Of a stretch of DNA of 64,000 nt, positions 14,445-28,209 are shown piece after piece. The notes beneath the pieces are model-generated. The model did not search any database. It saw nothing but the letters and a program-made list of their open reading frames with translations, and was not told the DNA's origin. The stretch spans positions 260,896,001 through 260,960,000 of the forward strand of contig OZ024740.1 in the NCBI GenBank assembly GCA_964016885.1, written 5' to 3'. Source of the stretch: Eledone cirrhosa (lineage: Eukaryota). How positions within the stretch are numbered: position 1 is the first letter of the stretch; every line of letters starts with the position of its first letter. A program made the translations under genes and the position numbers.

Positions 14445-14800
14445 TATAGACTAGCAGAAAACCACCCACCGGGTGGTTTTCTGCTAGTCTATATTATAAT
14501 AAGGGCGTCGTCTGTCTGTCCGTTCATCCGTCCGTCCGTTCTTCCATCACGCTCACTTTATAGAGGGTGGGGGAGGGACAAGCGGGATATATGTGCATAA
14601 ATAGAGAGAAAAGCAAACGTCGTGTGTTTTCGACGTGACAGAAAGTTACGATGTCGCCCTCAGCTAAATAAAGAGAAGGGGAGCGCCGAGCGAAAAAAGG
14701 TGTACATAGATATTGAGAGAAAAGGAACATCATTTGTTTAGTGTGTGTAAGAGAAAGCGAGAGAAGACGACGTCGTCTCCATCTTGTTACTTGAGGGCTT
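14445..14800 (+). mobile_element. Helitron-like termini (3' CTAG fused to 5' TC) inside a short palindrome
   Basis: CCGGGTGGTTTTCTGCTAG|TCTATATTATAATAAGGGCG followed by (CTGT)/(CCGT) subterminal repeats. Palindrome at 14445-14493. Confidence 0.55.
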
Positions 14801-14900
14801 CTTTTAATTCATTTGAAATTTTTTCTATGTATATATTGATGTTGTCACCATTTCTATTATTGATTTATTGATCTCTATGTAAGCTGATATCTTATGAAAA

Positions 14901-15068
14901 CAAACTCTGATGATACCGATTTTGAGCCTATTCCCCGAGAGTCAAAGTATAAAAACATAAGGAAATTTTAGATAAAAAAAATTTTATTAAGAAAATTCTA
15001 AAATTTATGATTTTATAATGTCACATCCTCGGTATGAACCTCTATCGGTTGAAACATGTGTTAGTTTG
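14901..15068 (+). ncRNA. Type I hammerhead ribozyme with 137-nt stem II
   Basis: CAAACT CTGATGA TACCGAT...ATCGGTT GAAA C-ATGT-G TT AGTTTG. Internal pairings CCGAG/CTCGG and AAATTTTAGA/TCTAAAATTT. Confidence 0.75.
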
Positions 15069-15187
15069 ACAACATATTGACTCGTTGGTGCTTCTTATTC
15101 TTTATATATCAGCTCTGTGTGAACCCTACTGCATTGAGCTTTAAACACTCTGGTAAACTCTATACCCAACAATAGCAACACTGTTAT

Positions 15188-15275
<88 letters not shown>

Positions 15276-15344
15276 GGCGGTGCCCCAGCATGGCCTCAGT
15301 TGGATGGCTGGAACGGGTAAAAGAGTATATATTATAAAGAGTCG

Positions 15345-15630
15345 GGGCGCGATTCAACAGCATTTGCCTTTCATCCTTACGAGGTCGATAAAATAAAGTA
15401 CCAGTAATGCACTGGGATAATTGCTGGCCTTGTGCCAAAAGTAGAAACAATTATTATTGTGGATTGGCAGTATCGATGGAGCGTCAGACAACATGCTTTG
15501 CAAGCATAGAGTTATGGACCTTTGCGTTCTGAGTTTAAATCCCGTCGAGGTTAGCTTTGCCTTTCATCCATACGGGGTCGATAAAATAAAGTACCAGTAA
15601 TGCACTGGGTAAAAGTAGAAACAACTATCA
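15345..15630 (+). mobile_element. SINE family A, partial plus full copy
   Basis: Same body as 12456-12640. Confidence 0.8.
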
Positions 15631-15983
15631 TTAAAATAGTTATTTTAATTTTTCTTTAGTCGAATTTCATATAGTTCAGTTCTGATCACGTTGAATCTAT
15701 GTGAAAATTGCGTTAAGGGTACACGTGTCTGTGGGATGCTCAACCACTTATTTACTTGTTAATTTCACGAGCAGGCTGTTCTGTTGACCATACAACTGGA
15801 ACGCTCATCCTGAGAACCGACAGAGAGTCCAAAGTCACACACACACACACACACACACGTACATATAAACACACACACACGTACATATAAACACACACAC
15901 ATACATACATATAAACAGACAAACACACATACATATAAACACACACATATAAATACACACACATAGATATAAACACATACACA

Positions 15984-16015
<32 letters not shown>

Positions 16016-16202
16016 AACACACATATAAATACACACACATAGATATAAACACATACACATACACACACACATACTAATAAATAGACACACATACATATAA
16101 ACACACACACACACACGCATACATATAAACATACACACGCACACACAAACATAAACACAGACACGCGCACATATAAAGACATACACACGCAGAGAGAGAT
16201 AG

Positions 16203-16410
16203 TTAACCCTTTTGATACCAAACCCCCTGAAACCGTCCCTCGTTCTATAATACAATGCTTATTTTTTCAAAAGTGTTATTTTTTATCAAACAACTTTCCA
16301 TCATAATTTATGTAAGAACCTTTGTTAAGTTATGTTCGAAACACTTGCTTAAAAATGATAAAGTTATATATATAAATATTTAATACAATAACAGAGAAAG
16401 CTTTAAGCTA
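16203..16410 (+). mobile_element. Possible piggyBac-type MITE left end
   Basis: TTAA-CCCTTT start. Related fragments at ~21360-21510, 21760-21850, 22035-22070 (AAAAGGGTTTTAA) and 40960-41090. Confidence 0.4.
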
Positions 16411-17379
16411 AACTCCGACTGGTAACCATCTCACTCAACAAACATTAGGTTATACGTTAGTATAATCCCAATTTAGTGTTTGGGGTGCTAACTATATGTA
16501 TTTTGTGGAAAGCCAGTTGTATTATTTTATATGAGATATAATTAAAGTTAAAATATATCTCTCTTTCCAAACAATTGTTTCATTATAAGTTTTCTACAAG
16601 TTGGGAGAAAGTTTCCAGTTTATGTAGAAGCCTAACATATTTTCCTGTGAGAATATATGTAGGTGGGCACTTATAAATCGTCAGTGGATGCCCATTAAAC
16701 TTTGATATAAGAAAAAAATTCCTTACCGCAGTTATATATTACTAAATTCCTCCAAATTCTTGATTATTTTCAAAATGAAACTATTTTATTTATAAAAAAA
16801 CTCAAATATATTCCTAAGATAAAATTACATAAAAATAATAAAGAATTTAATATTTAGTCAATCATATAGAGAAAGAAAGTAGTGTTGGGAAGAACTATAA
16901 AGGCCATAAATGAGAGAAAAGAAAGGGAAAGGGCAAGGACTATTAGGCAACGAAAGAATGAGGAGGGTTGATAGACTCTACACCTAGGTCAGAGCAGTGT
17001 TTCGGCTGCACCCTGCGGACAAAATGGCAAAGGTGTTTCTGCGGACAATGGTCAGCGACACTTGCTGCAAGCACCACCCCCACCTTAAAAATATGGTAAT
17101 GAAAAGGTTAGGGATCAACAACTGAATATTGTAGTTATGTTTTGTAATCATCTTCATCATCACTATTATCATCATCATCAACATCATCCTTGCCTCTCCC
17201 CCTCCTCCTCCTCCTCTTCCTCAATGATGTGTGGAGGAAGACTAAGGTAGGGAATTTAGATAGTGAAGAAGGGACAAATCATATTAGCTGTGGCGGTGGG
17301 GAGAACCTAAATGTTTTTACACTTCATTACTTCTTCACTACCCCTTCCCACCGTCCTGCGCATTTCATCCCACTCGCGT

Positions 17380-20220
17380 GGGAAGGCGAGTCTTCTTAAT
17401 CTTGTGCCATGTCCTTCGTGAAATTCAGCTTCGTAATGTCAGCCTTCAACATACCATTCCAACAGTTCCTTCGTCTTCCTCTTCAAGAATTTACATCCAT
17501 GTCCATTCCAGCGCAGTCATCTCTCTTGTACACTGCATCCAATCCTTGTTATGCTCAGTTTTTCCCTCAATTCGTTAATGTTTCATCTTTCATGTACTCT
17601 ATATTACACATCCATGTACTCTATATTACACATTCATGTACACTATATTACACATTCATGTACTCTATATTACACATTCATGTACTCTATATTACACATT
17701 CATGTACACTATATTACACATTCATGTACTCTATATTACACATTCATGTACACTATATTACACATTCATGTACACTATATTACACATCCATGTACTCTAT
17801 ATTACACATTCATGTACTCTATATTACACATTCATGTACACTATATTACACATTCATGTACACTATATTACACATTCATGTACACTATAATTACACATTC
17901 ATGTACTCTATATTACACATTCATGTACTCTATATTACACATCCATGTACTCTATATTACACATTCATGTACTCTATATTACACATTCATGTACACTATA
18001 TTACACATTCATGTACTCTATATTACACATTCATGTACACTATATTACACATTCATGTACTCTATATTACACATTCATGTACACTATATTACACATTCAT
18101 GTACTCTATATTACACATTCATGTACTCTATATTACACATTCATGTACTCTATATTACACATTCATGTACACTATAATTACACATTCATGTACTCTATAT
18201 TACACATTCATGTACTCTATATTACACATTCATGTACACTATATTACACATTCATGTACTCTATATTACACATTCATGTACACTATAATTACACATTCAT
18301 GTACTCTATATTACACATTCATGTACACTATAATTACACATTCATGTACTCTATATTACACATTCATGTACACTATAATTACACATTCATGTACTCTATA
18401 TTACACATTCATGTACACTATAATTACACATTCATGTACTCTATATTACACATTCATGTACACTATAATTACACATTCATGTACTCTATATTACACATTC
18501 ATGTACTCTATATTACACATTCATGTACTCTATATTACACATTCATGTACATTATAATTACACATTCATGTACACTATATTACACATTCATGTACTCTAT
18601 ATTACACATCCATGTACACTATAATTACACATTCATGTACACTATATTACACATTCATGTACTCTATATTACACATTCATGTACTCTATATTACACATTC
18701 ATGTACATTATAATTACACATTCATGTACTCTATATTACACATTCATGTACACTATAATTACACATTCATGTACTCTATATTACACATTCATGTACACTA
18801 TATTACACATTCATGTAATCTATATTACACATTCATGTACATTATAATTACACATTCATGTACACTATATTACACATTCATGTACTCTATATTACACATC
18901 CATGTACACTATAATTACACATTAATGTACTCTATATTACACATTCATGTACTCTATATTACACATCCATGTACTCTATATTACACATTCATGTACTCTA
19001 TATTACACATTCATGTACACTATATTACACATTCATGTACACTATATTACACATTCATGTACACTATAATTACACATTCATGTACTCTATATTACACATT
19101 CATGTACTCTATATTACACATCCATGTACTCTATATTACACATTCATGTACTCTATATTACACATTCATGTACACTATATTACACATTCATGTACTCTAT
19201 ATTACACATTCATGTACACTATATTACACATTCATGTACTCTATATTACACATTCATGTACACTATATTACACATTCATGTACTCTATATTACACATTCA
19301 TGTACTCTATATTACACATTCATGTACTCTATATTACACATTCATGTACACTATATTACACATTCATGTACTCTATATTACACATTCATGTACTCTATAT
19401 TACACATTCATGTACACTATAATTACACATTCATGTACTCTATATTACACATTCATGTACTCTATATTACACATTCATGTACTCTATATTACACATTCAT
19501 GTACTCTATATTACACATTCATGTACACTATATTACACATTCATGTACACTATAATTACACATTCATGTACTCTATATTACACATTCATGTACTCTATAT
19601 TACACATTCATGTACACTATATTACACATTTATGCTCACCTCACTTCTTACCAATTTTCGCAGACCTTCGACTTTTATTGTATAAGTCTCACTTCCATGC
19701 AGCATCGCAGTTCGCACACAAGTGTCTGCTTTTCATACTGAGAAAGAAACTCTTTGTAACACAGTTCTCCTCCCTCTAGCTACTGTACTTTCAGAGCAGC
19801 CACATCCACTGCTGATTAAGTCACCCAGATAAGAGAAGCTGTCAACGGCTTTTAGGGATACGTCTGAGCATGTGATAGCGCCTGCTTCATATAAGCTCTT
19901 GCTGCTTATTGCTCATTTGCATCTGCCACATGAGCATTAAGTATACATTTTTTGTTAGCCTGCTCGAGATTCTTCAATATTTCTTATATATTCAGTTTTA
20001 ATTTTGTATGCTGTGTAGAATTTCTACCTACTCCCTTTTTGCATACTGAGCATGGCCATTTCCCTGACAAAATCAAAGTCCTATCATCATTACTACTTAG
20101 TAGGACTTTAGTCTTTGCTAAATCGACTTTAAAGCCTTTCTATTCCAGATTTTGCTTACAAATCTGGAACTTTTTCTCTAGTTCCTTTGCGGATTCAGCT
20201 ATGAGAACTAGGTCATCTAT
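17380..20220 (-). mobile_element. RTE (PHD-type) LINE 3' remnant interrupted by minisatellite
   Basis: 19950-20220 is homologous to 48740-48950 (GKWPCSVCKKGVGRNS). Left of the array the sequence continues into the RT C-terminus. Confidence 0.7.
17590..19629. repeat. 22-bp minisatellite (CATTCATGTACWCTATATTACA), about 90 copies
   Basis: Direct tandem array with CTCTATA/CACTATA and 23-bp CACTATAAT variants. Confidence 0.97.
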
Positions 20221-20645
20221 CCCATTCTTTACTTTTTAACGTATTTGTTAGGAATCTTCACGTTCTGAGCTCCTAGTTCAACCTTACCATTCATCCTTCG
20301 ATGGTTAATAAAATAAAATACCAGTTAAGTATTGGGGTCGAGAAACTATTGTTATTATTGGTTGATAAAAGGGCGATGTTTGGCAGTATCGGCAGAGAGT
20401 CGAACATCATGCTTTGCGACATATAATTACGTTCCTATACATTCTGAGTTCAAATCCTATCAAAGTTAACTTTGTCTTTCATCTTGACGGGGTCGATAAA
20501 ATAAAGTACCAGTAATGCACTGGAGTCGATTTAATTGACTTTCCACTTCCCAAATCGGAAACTATCGTTGGTTGATAAAATAAGTATCAGTAAAGAACTG
20601 AGGTCGGTTAAATAGATCCCACCACTACTACCACCATAAAAAAAA

Positions 20646-20798
20646 TCAGGGTCGGATGAAGCTTGTATGGGGCCCCTGGCTTTAAGTATCATCGGTGCGT
20701 TTCCGTATTATTTATGGGAGTAAAATAATTAATCTTAAATATCGTAGCGTTCCTGGCTGCAACTTTGTCGAGTCACCCCCGCTTTCAATCCACCACTG
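20646..20798. mobile_element. Possible hAT-type MITE nested in SINE cluster
   Basis: Imperfect ends CAGGGTCGGA / TCCACCACTG with internal GGGGCCCC. It interrupts SINE A sequence. Confidence 0.4.
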
Positions 20799-20834
20799 CC
20801 CTAAATTGCTGGCCTTGTACCTAAATTAGAAACA

Positions 20835-21130
20835 GGTAAATGAGAAAAGTATCTGAAGAGAGACACTTTTCTATTTGGCCGAATCTTCATAGACGTTTTA
20901 AGGTTTTACTTGAAAAGGATATTGGGGTAGGTAGGAGCAGGAAGTGCTACCTTCCAGCAAATTTGTTGTTGAAAGGTAGATAGAGTGGCGAGCAGGGTCC
21001 AAGTGAACGAGCCTGCACTAAGTATGTACTTGTATACTGGATGACGAGAACTGGGAGAAGGCACTTACCTTAGTGGCCAGAGTGTCCGTGTTTTTTTTTC
21101 GTTTTTTTCCTCGAGTAGCCCTTTGCAGTC
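20835..21130 (+). mobile_element. Tx1/L1 ORF2 3' remnant
   Basis: YLKRDTFLFG..FYLKR resembles GLRSDTFLSG..FKYHF at 52200-52270 (minus). Confidence 0.45.
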
Positions 21131-22119
21131 TTTCCTTTTAAGGGAATTATTCTTTGTTTCATTATATTCTTACCCATTTCATTTTTGTTTCGTTATTTCC
21201 ATTAGACAAACAATTCTTTCCTGAGTGTATGTGAAGTACCCAACAGAACAGTCTTTTGTAGGGGAGTAATTTGTGATGTCCATTTACTCAAGGTAGCCTC
21301 TCAGTTTTAGTGGTATCGAGCCCAAAGACCTGATGACAACTAGGATTATCTCAACATTTGTTATGAAACCGCCCCAATTCTATGATGACAAAACTTCTTG
21401 TTTTAAAGTATTTATATTTAAATAAAAACTAAAGTTATGAAAGAATATATTTGTTAAGATATGTACTGAATGTCAGTTTAATAATATGGTTAGTTATTTT
21501 TTTTATTAATCCAAATCAACAAGATCCCAGGCATCATTCGCTTACTGAGAGAGGTGGAACTCGTCAAATAGGACCAAGGAAACAATGTTTCCATTGGTCT
21601 TTCCATTGCTGATACTATCTACTGGTCGCAACTTCTGGCCGAATGAGGCACGAGAAATAACTGTCTTGCTCAAGGACACACTGCATAGCTCGGCCCGGGA
21701 ATCGATTCACAACCTCACGATTGTGAATCCAACTCTCTAACCACTAAGCCACTAGCCATTACACTTCACTTTATTAAATCCCTTCAAATTGATGGTTATT
21801 TACAAAATTATTTGAAAAAACAGATGAGGTATTGCATTAGAAATATAATATCAATTTATAATTTAGGCAGAAAGCCAGTTAATTTGGGGGATGGGGAAAG
21901 TTGATTAATTGACAGGTACTTTATTTTATCGACTGCGGAAGGATGAAAGGTAAAGATGACCTTGGTGAGATTTGAACTCAGAACGTAAAGACCGTGAACA
22001 AATACTGCTAAGTATTTGTCCGACGCTCTACCGGCTCATTAGAAATATACCAGCAAAAGGGTTTTAATGTTTATAGGGGATATTTACCACATTCGATCTT
22101 CAACTCTATGTAATGCACA

Positions 22120-22565
22120 TGTAGAGTAATGGCCGAAAGAACACGATCGCGAATACAAGCGGCCGAAATGGGGTTCCTCCGAAGGGTCTTTGAAGTAACG
22201 TTACTTGATAGAGTGTGTAGCTCGGAGATCAAAGAATCACTCCAGGTAGAGCCGTTACTTCTTCGAATTGAGAGATGACAGCTCCGATAATATGGCATGT
22301 GGTTAGAATGTCTCAGGAAAGAATCACTGGACAGATTTTTACAGGCAAAACCAACTGGCAGGCAACCCAGGAGTAGACCCCGAGCAAGATGGTTGGATAA
22401 TATCCATGAACTTGGCTGGTCGCGCTTGGGGATCCAGCCGGATCAGTTGGAGATGGCTACTTCTGATAGGACCCGCTGCAAGGAATGTTTGAGGATTGCT
22501 GCTCCCATGACCCTCTCAGTAATAATTGGCAGAAGAAGAAGAAGAAGAAGAAGAAGAAGAAGAAG

Positions 22566-22597
<32 letters not shown>

Positions 22598-22618
22598 ACA
22601 ACAACAACAACAAAAAAA

Positions 22619-22654
<36 letters not shown>

Positions 22655-22666
22655 AAAACAAAAAAA

Positions 22667-22710
<44 letters not shown>

Positions 22711-22712
22711 AC

Positions 22713-22745
<33 letters not shown>

Positions 22746-22746
22746 A

Positions 22747-22805
<59 letters not shown>
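22120..22805 (+). mobile_element. RTE LINE 3' end with (GAA)n tail grading into (CAA)n
   Basis: IQAAEMGFLRRV...RPRARWLDNI, followed by the tail. Confidence 0.8.
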
Positions 22806-23044
22806 CTTCTGTATAATTTGTTATTTCTTTCAAGGCTGTGTTATGATATACATATATGATATTTGGCGTTTGTCCAATTCTGATAAACAGGTCTCCTGCT
22901 GTTGTTATAGTTGTTGCTGCTGCTGTTGTTGGTAGCATCTGTAGCTACTGTTTATCTTCCTTCTAAATGAAGTGACTATTTCAGACGGACCATTTTTTAA
23001 CATGTCAATGTTACCACTGTTGTAGTTGTCGATAATGATGCAGC

Positions 23045-23084
23045 AGTAGTAGTAGTAGTAGTAGTAGTAGTTGTGGTGGGTGTG

Positions 23085-23131
<47 letters not shown>

Positions 23132-23186
23132 TGTGGTGGGTGTGGTGGTGGTAGTAGTGGTTGTGGTGGTGGTAGTAGTAGTGGTG

Positions 23187-23228
<42 letters not shown>

Positions 23229-23306
23229 ATCGTGGTGGTATTGGTGGTAGTAGTAGTAGTAGTAGTGGTGGTGGTGGTGTTGGTGTTGTTGTTGGTGGTG
23301 GTAGTA

Positions 23307-23359
<53 letters not shown>

Positions 23360-23366
23360 TGTGGTG

Positions 23367-23411
<45 letters not shown>

Positions 23412-23496
23412 TTAGTAGGGTGGTGTGGTGGTAGTAGTAGTAGTGGTTGTGGTGGTGGTAGTAGTAGTGGTGGTGGTGTTGGTGTTGTTGTTGGTG

Positions 23497-23552
<56 letters not shown>

Positions 23553-23560
23553 TGTTGTTG
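23045..23560. repeat. (TAG)n/(TGG)n microsatellite
   Basis: Direct observation. Confidence 0.95.
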
Positions 23561-23736
23561 ATGATGATGTAGCTATAGTACTAGTAGTTGTTGAGGCTGT
23601 AATTGTTGTGGTTGTGGTAGCTGTTGCTGGTGTTGCTGTTTAGCCCCAGGTCAGCAGCTGTCATCGAGCTGAGCTATGATCCAATGCATTCTAGCCGTTA
23701 ACACCCACTCCCATTCCATCCAAGTCTTTACTATAA

Positions 23737-23863
23737 CAGTCGTGGGCAAACTGCGGCCCGTTTGGCTTTCTGTATGGGCCGCCTAATTTTAAAATTGCCT
23801 TCAACTTTTTCGTTGTACCACATCCTACGTAGCCCATTGCTCAAAAAAGGTTGCCCATGCTTG
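23737..23863. mobile_element. hAT-type MITE
   Basis: TIRs CAGTCGTGGGCAAAC / GGTTGCCCATGCTTG with subterminal GCGGCCC motifs. Confidence 0.6.
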
Positions 23864-23930
23864 CTCTATCGTAGAAAATGTAGGCGTGTATGATTTGAGG
23901 GAGATAGGGCTATTATTTGTAGTAGATCCC

Positions 23931-24115
23931 ACGTTGCTATTTTTAGTAAATCTGATGACTACGTAGCAACCTTGTTATTATGGTTGCTATTTTTAGCAGA
24001 TGTGATAACCAGATAGAGGCCATGTTATTATGGCTGCTATTTCTAGCAGATATGATGACCAGATAGAGGCCTTGTTATTATGGCTGCTATTTCTAGCAGA
24101 TGGGATGTCCAGATA
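23931..24115. repeat. 50-bp tandem repeat, about 3.7 copies
   Basis: TGGYTGCTATTTYTAGCAGATRTGATRACCAGATAGAGGC..GTTATTA recurs at 23981, 24031 and 24081. Confidence 0.8.
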
Positions 24116-24271
24116 AATGGGCGCCGTCATTGGCAATATTTCCGTTACTAGTCACACTGATTAATATGTAACTTAGTCAACTATCCTATACTTGACAATC
24201 ATGATTGACTTCAACTAGAATCGATGGTTTTCTTTGCTTTCTAGGCCACGCTCCTTCGATTAATTTATACA

Positions 24272-24379
<108 letters not shown>

Positions 24380-24448
24380 AACACACATACATAAACATGC
24401 TCACAAACAAACAAACAAACACACACACAAACAATATATATCTATATC

Positions 24449-24523
<75 letters not shown>

Positions 24524-24783
24524 ATATTGTTGTCTTCAGCCTATCTGTATATGGAATCTAATTCATGTTGGAAGAGAGTAGCATCAATCGGTTTCTTGAT
24601 TGCCTGTGCTACTTTGGTGTCATCAGCATACCTTGTGAGGGAGGCTGTCCGTAATACAGAGGTCACGTGTATATATATATATACAATATATTAACAAATG
24701 GAAACTATATTTATAAAACCATATTTATTTTAAACGGAAAAAAATGAAACGAAATTTCATTTCCCACTCTTAGTACAGCTGTT

Positions 24784-24952
24784 ACATGGACACACTAGAA
24801 GAGGAAGACCAAGGTTAACGTATGTTGATGCCCTAAGGACAGACACTGGTCTGTGGGAGACGCAGGACATGGCAGCGATAATGAGGGACAGAGACCGCTG
24901 GAGAGAACTCGTCCATGGATCTCGGGAATTTTACCCGCCTTAGATAGATAGA
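24784..24952 (+). mobile_element. Short 3' copy of the LINE at 1239-2564
   Basis: Nearly identical to 2405-2570, including the stop and TAGA tail. Confidence 0.92.
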
Positions 24953-25141
24953 TATATGTATACAGACGTACAGTAGTATGTATATATATATATATACATA
25001 CATGCACACATCTATATATGTACGTATGGATTCACCGAACATTTATTATAATGCTCGGTGTGTTTGTAAACAAACATCCCGAATTAAGCCGTACAGTGTC
25101 TAGCAACCATCGTTGCTCATTTGTTCAACCCTGACAAAGGA

Positions 25142-25184
25142 ACGCTGTACTAGTTTCAAGCTTATTAGCTATCGTCAGCAACGT
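25142..25184 (-). ncRNA. Minimal type I hammerhead ribozyme
   Basis: Minus strand: ACGTTG CTGACGA TAGC-TAATAA-GCTT GAAA CTAG TA CAGCGT. It lies between inverted arms 24952-25055 and 25305-25408. Confidence 0.8.
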
Positions 25185-25432
25185 ATACCTTCCTGCCAGA
25201 TGATTGAACGTCTGAAAGTATATACTTTCCTTATGCATATTAACGGCTGAGCAGCCTAATTTTTATATCGAGTGAGTTAATCGGCCGGGGTACCGAAAAC
25301 GATAAGCATTATAATAAATGTTCGGTGAATCCATACGTACATATATATATATATATATGTGTGCATGTATGTATATATACATACTACTGTACGTCTGTAT
25401 ACATATATGTATGTACGTATACATACTTATAT

Positions 25433-25721
25433 CATATTTATTTTATTATACATATTTCAAGGGCCACCAAGGCAAATTATGGTGCGCTTTCATCAGATAA
25501 AATACAATACAGATTTGTTTTATAAATAAATATTGACATACCCTGAAAAAAGACAACCTTAACGGTTGGAGCTTCCAGGAAGCTCCAACCGTTAAGGTTG
25601 TCTTTTTTCAGGGTATGTCAATATTTATTTATAAAACAAATCTGTATTGTATTTTATCTGATGAAAGCGCACCATAATTTGCCTTGGTGGCCCTTGAAAT
25701 ATGTATAATAAAATAAATATG
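25433..25721. mobile_element. 289-bp palindrome of PLE 3' end with a hammerhead on each strand
   Basis: Arms mirror around A25577. Plus-strand HHR 25651-25714: ATTTTAT CTGATGA AAG..CACCA/TGGTG..CTT GAAA TATGTA TA ATAAAAT. Confidence 0.9.
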
Positions 25722-25868
25722 GTTTTATAAATTTAGTTTCCATTTGTTAATATATTGTATTCACTTATTTGTTGAGTGCTTTATATCAGTTATAAAAAGG
25801 TTTAAGCTTGTGAATTCCAACAAATTAAATATAACCTCTGCATATATATATATATATATATATATATA

Positions 25869-26530
25869 CCCATTTGCAACGCCGCAGCTCCATTATTATC
25901 ATATTTACACATATATTTTTTCCTCTGCTGCTACCCGTCTGTTTCGTTCTTTGTATCTTTACCCTTTCTAGCAGTCTCTTTCTCCATTAGCCTCTTCCTC
26001 ACCCTTCACTCACTCATTCTCTGTCACTACCTCTCCCCCTCCTCTTTCTTACGTTTGACCTGTGTGTGATTCTTTTCTCTCGCACGCTGGCCAAGCTGGT
26101 ATGAATTTTTTTCTCTCTCTCGTCTACGATTTCACAGAACTTATGTTTACCGAATTCGCAGACCAGACCCCTTCTTCCCCCCGTTAGACCTGTGCGAAAT
26201 TCCTTCCTTGTTCACATTTCAACCAGGTTTGATGGTCTTTATTCTCTCGTTCACGATTTCACCGAATTTAAATTCATAGAAATCTGGGACTTGTCTCTTT
26301 CTTCATCACTTTCTGTTGCTTAAACCATTTTGTTTGTTTACCCTCGCGTCCCCTTTATTTACGTGTCCCAACGACCTTTTTTAGCTGTTGCTCGCACCAA
26401 CCGGAGGTATATGGTCTTTAAAGCGATGAAATGCCTATGATGGTTGGAAGATCACTGATGAAGGACAAACTTTTTTATATGTAACCCATTTGCAACGCCG
26501 CAGCTCCATTATTATCATATTTACATATAT
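25869..26530 (+). repeat. About 616-bp dispersed repeat, head-to-tail partial dimer
   Basis: The start CCCATTTGCAACGCCGCAGCTC recurs at 26485. Reverse-complement copies at 33603-34229 and 37905-38030. Confidence 0.85.
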
Positions 26531-26604
26531 ATATATATATATACATGGTGGCTGCCAACTCGTTTTCGAGTACGGCCACTACTTTATAACCATGTGGAGA
26601 ACCC

Positions 26605-27120
26605 TTACCGATGCACTGAACAAGTGTGACTTTTTAGTCCAGCCAGCGACTTGAAAACTCTGGTACAAACACTACACTTGTGACAATTATTGACACAGTG
26701 CTGGGCCCATGGTACCATGTGATGACAAGTGCAGAGAGATCTCCAGATATAAAGCAATACCTGTGCCGTGAAGCTTTTATAGTGAGCAAAGGCACTGCAC
26801 AAAGCCAGTCCCACTCTCTTAACCAAGATGATATTTACCAAAAAGAAGAACAAGTCAACATCATTGGATACCATCAGGGTTGCAGGTGTTATATCAGAGT
26901 TTTCCTTCTCCTAGAATTCTGCCTTGACAAAGGCTAAGGGGTCATCTCTCCCGGTGATTTTGGATGGCCATTGACTCTTAAGAGCTCTTTGCCCTTTGAC
27001 AGGTTTTGTTTTTAGTCCTGCAGGATGTCCAAAGTCACCCTCCTCACCAAGAAACCTTGGTGGGGTTGCCAGTTTAGTCGCCAACGACCCGACCATGGGA
27101 CAGGTTGTACTGGGATACAT
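26605..27120 (-). mobile_element. RTE LINE fragments (C-terminal C2H2 finger, 5' UTR-like piece)
   Basis: HKCSVCTRVFKSLAGLKSH..HR* at 26605-26690. Confidence 0.5.
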
Positions 27121-27701
27121 GTTACCACACACATATTTTCCTATTGTCCTTTAACATCGAATTCCTTCGTTTGTTGATTTAGATCCTGTTGTTGTCATTC
27201 CATGAGTGGTCAAGAATTGTACACGTCACCGGTATTTCTAGCCACTCATGGTTGCCCACTGCTTGGTTCTTCTCGTTCTCCACCTGTCAATCAAAATTTC
27301 TCCATATATCAGAATTACTACTGTGGTGAGAGAGGGGCTGTAATCTTGAACGGCTGGCATCACTTCGACGTCTTCATTGTCCCTCGGCGCCTTAATCCAC
27401 AGGGGTTAGGTACACACCCGCAATTATGCAGTCATTGTAAATAATGTTTGGCGGGAATCTTTTTTAAAAACAAATCATAGGGATATTTAGCATAACATTT
27501 GTAGGACACAGCCTTAGAATACCCTCCACCATACATATTTCAAAAAGAGAACAATTGTAATATGTCTAATAAATTTCTTTCGTCGCAACACTGATTCTCT
27601 TTTTTCTGTGATATCATACTCTGCTCTACGAGGGCATCGAGTGCTCATACGGCCTACCGCATACGGACGCTTTAAGCATCCAACACCAATTACACACACA
27701 C

Positions 27702-28005
<304 letters not shown>

Positions 28006-28132
28006 GTACGTTATTCCGGGTTGAATCGAGGTAACCACAGTAAGTAAAGTACTCAATACATAGCAGAGTATAAAAGTTTTAATATAGATGAGATTCTACA
28101 GAATGAAACAGTTCTAGTCCTGTAGAATCTCA

Positions 28133-28206
<74 letters not shown>

Positions 28207-28209
28207 GGT

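Noticed and set aside
17409-19779. 200-380 aa repetitive ORFs or a CRISPR-like array
   Set aside because: Contiguous 22-bp tandem repeat with no unique spacers and no cas genes. The ORFs arise from the repeat.
27050-27115. HDV-like ribozyme in RTE 5' UTR-like fragment
   Set aside because: The nested double pseudoknot could not be assembled by eye.
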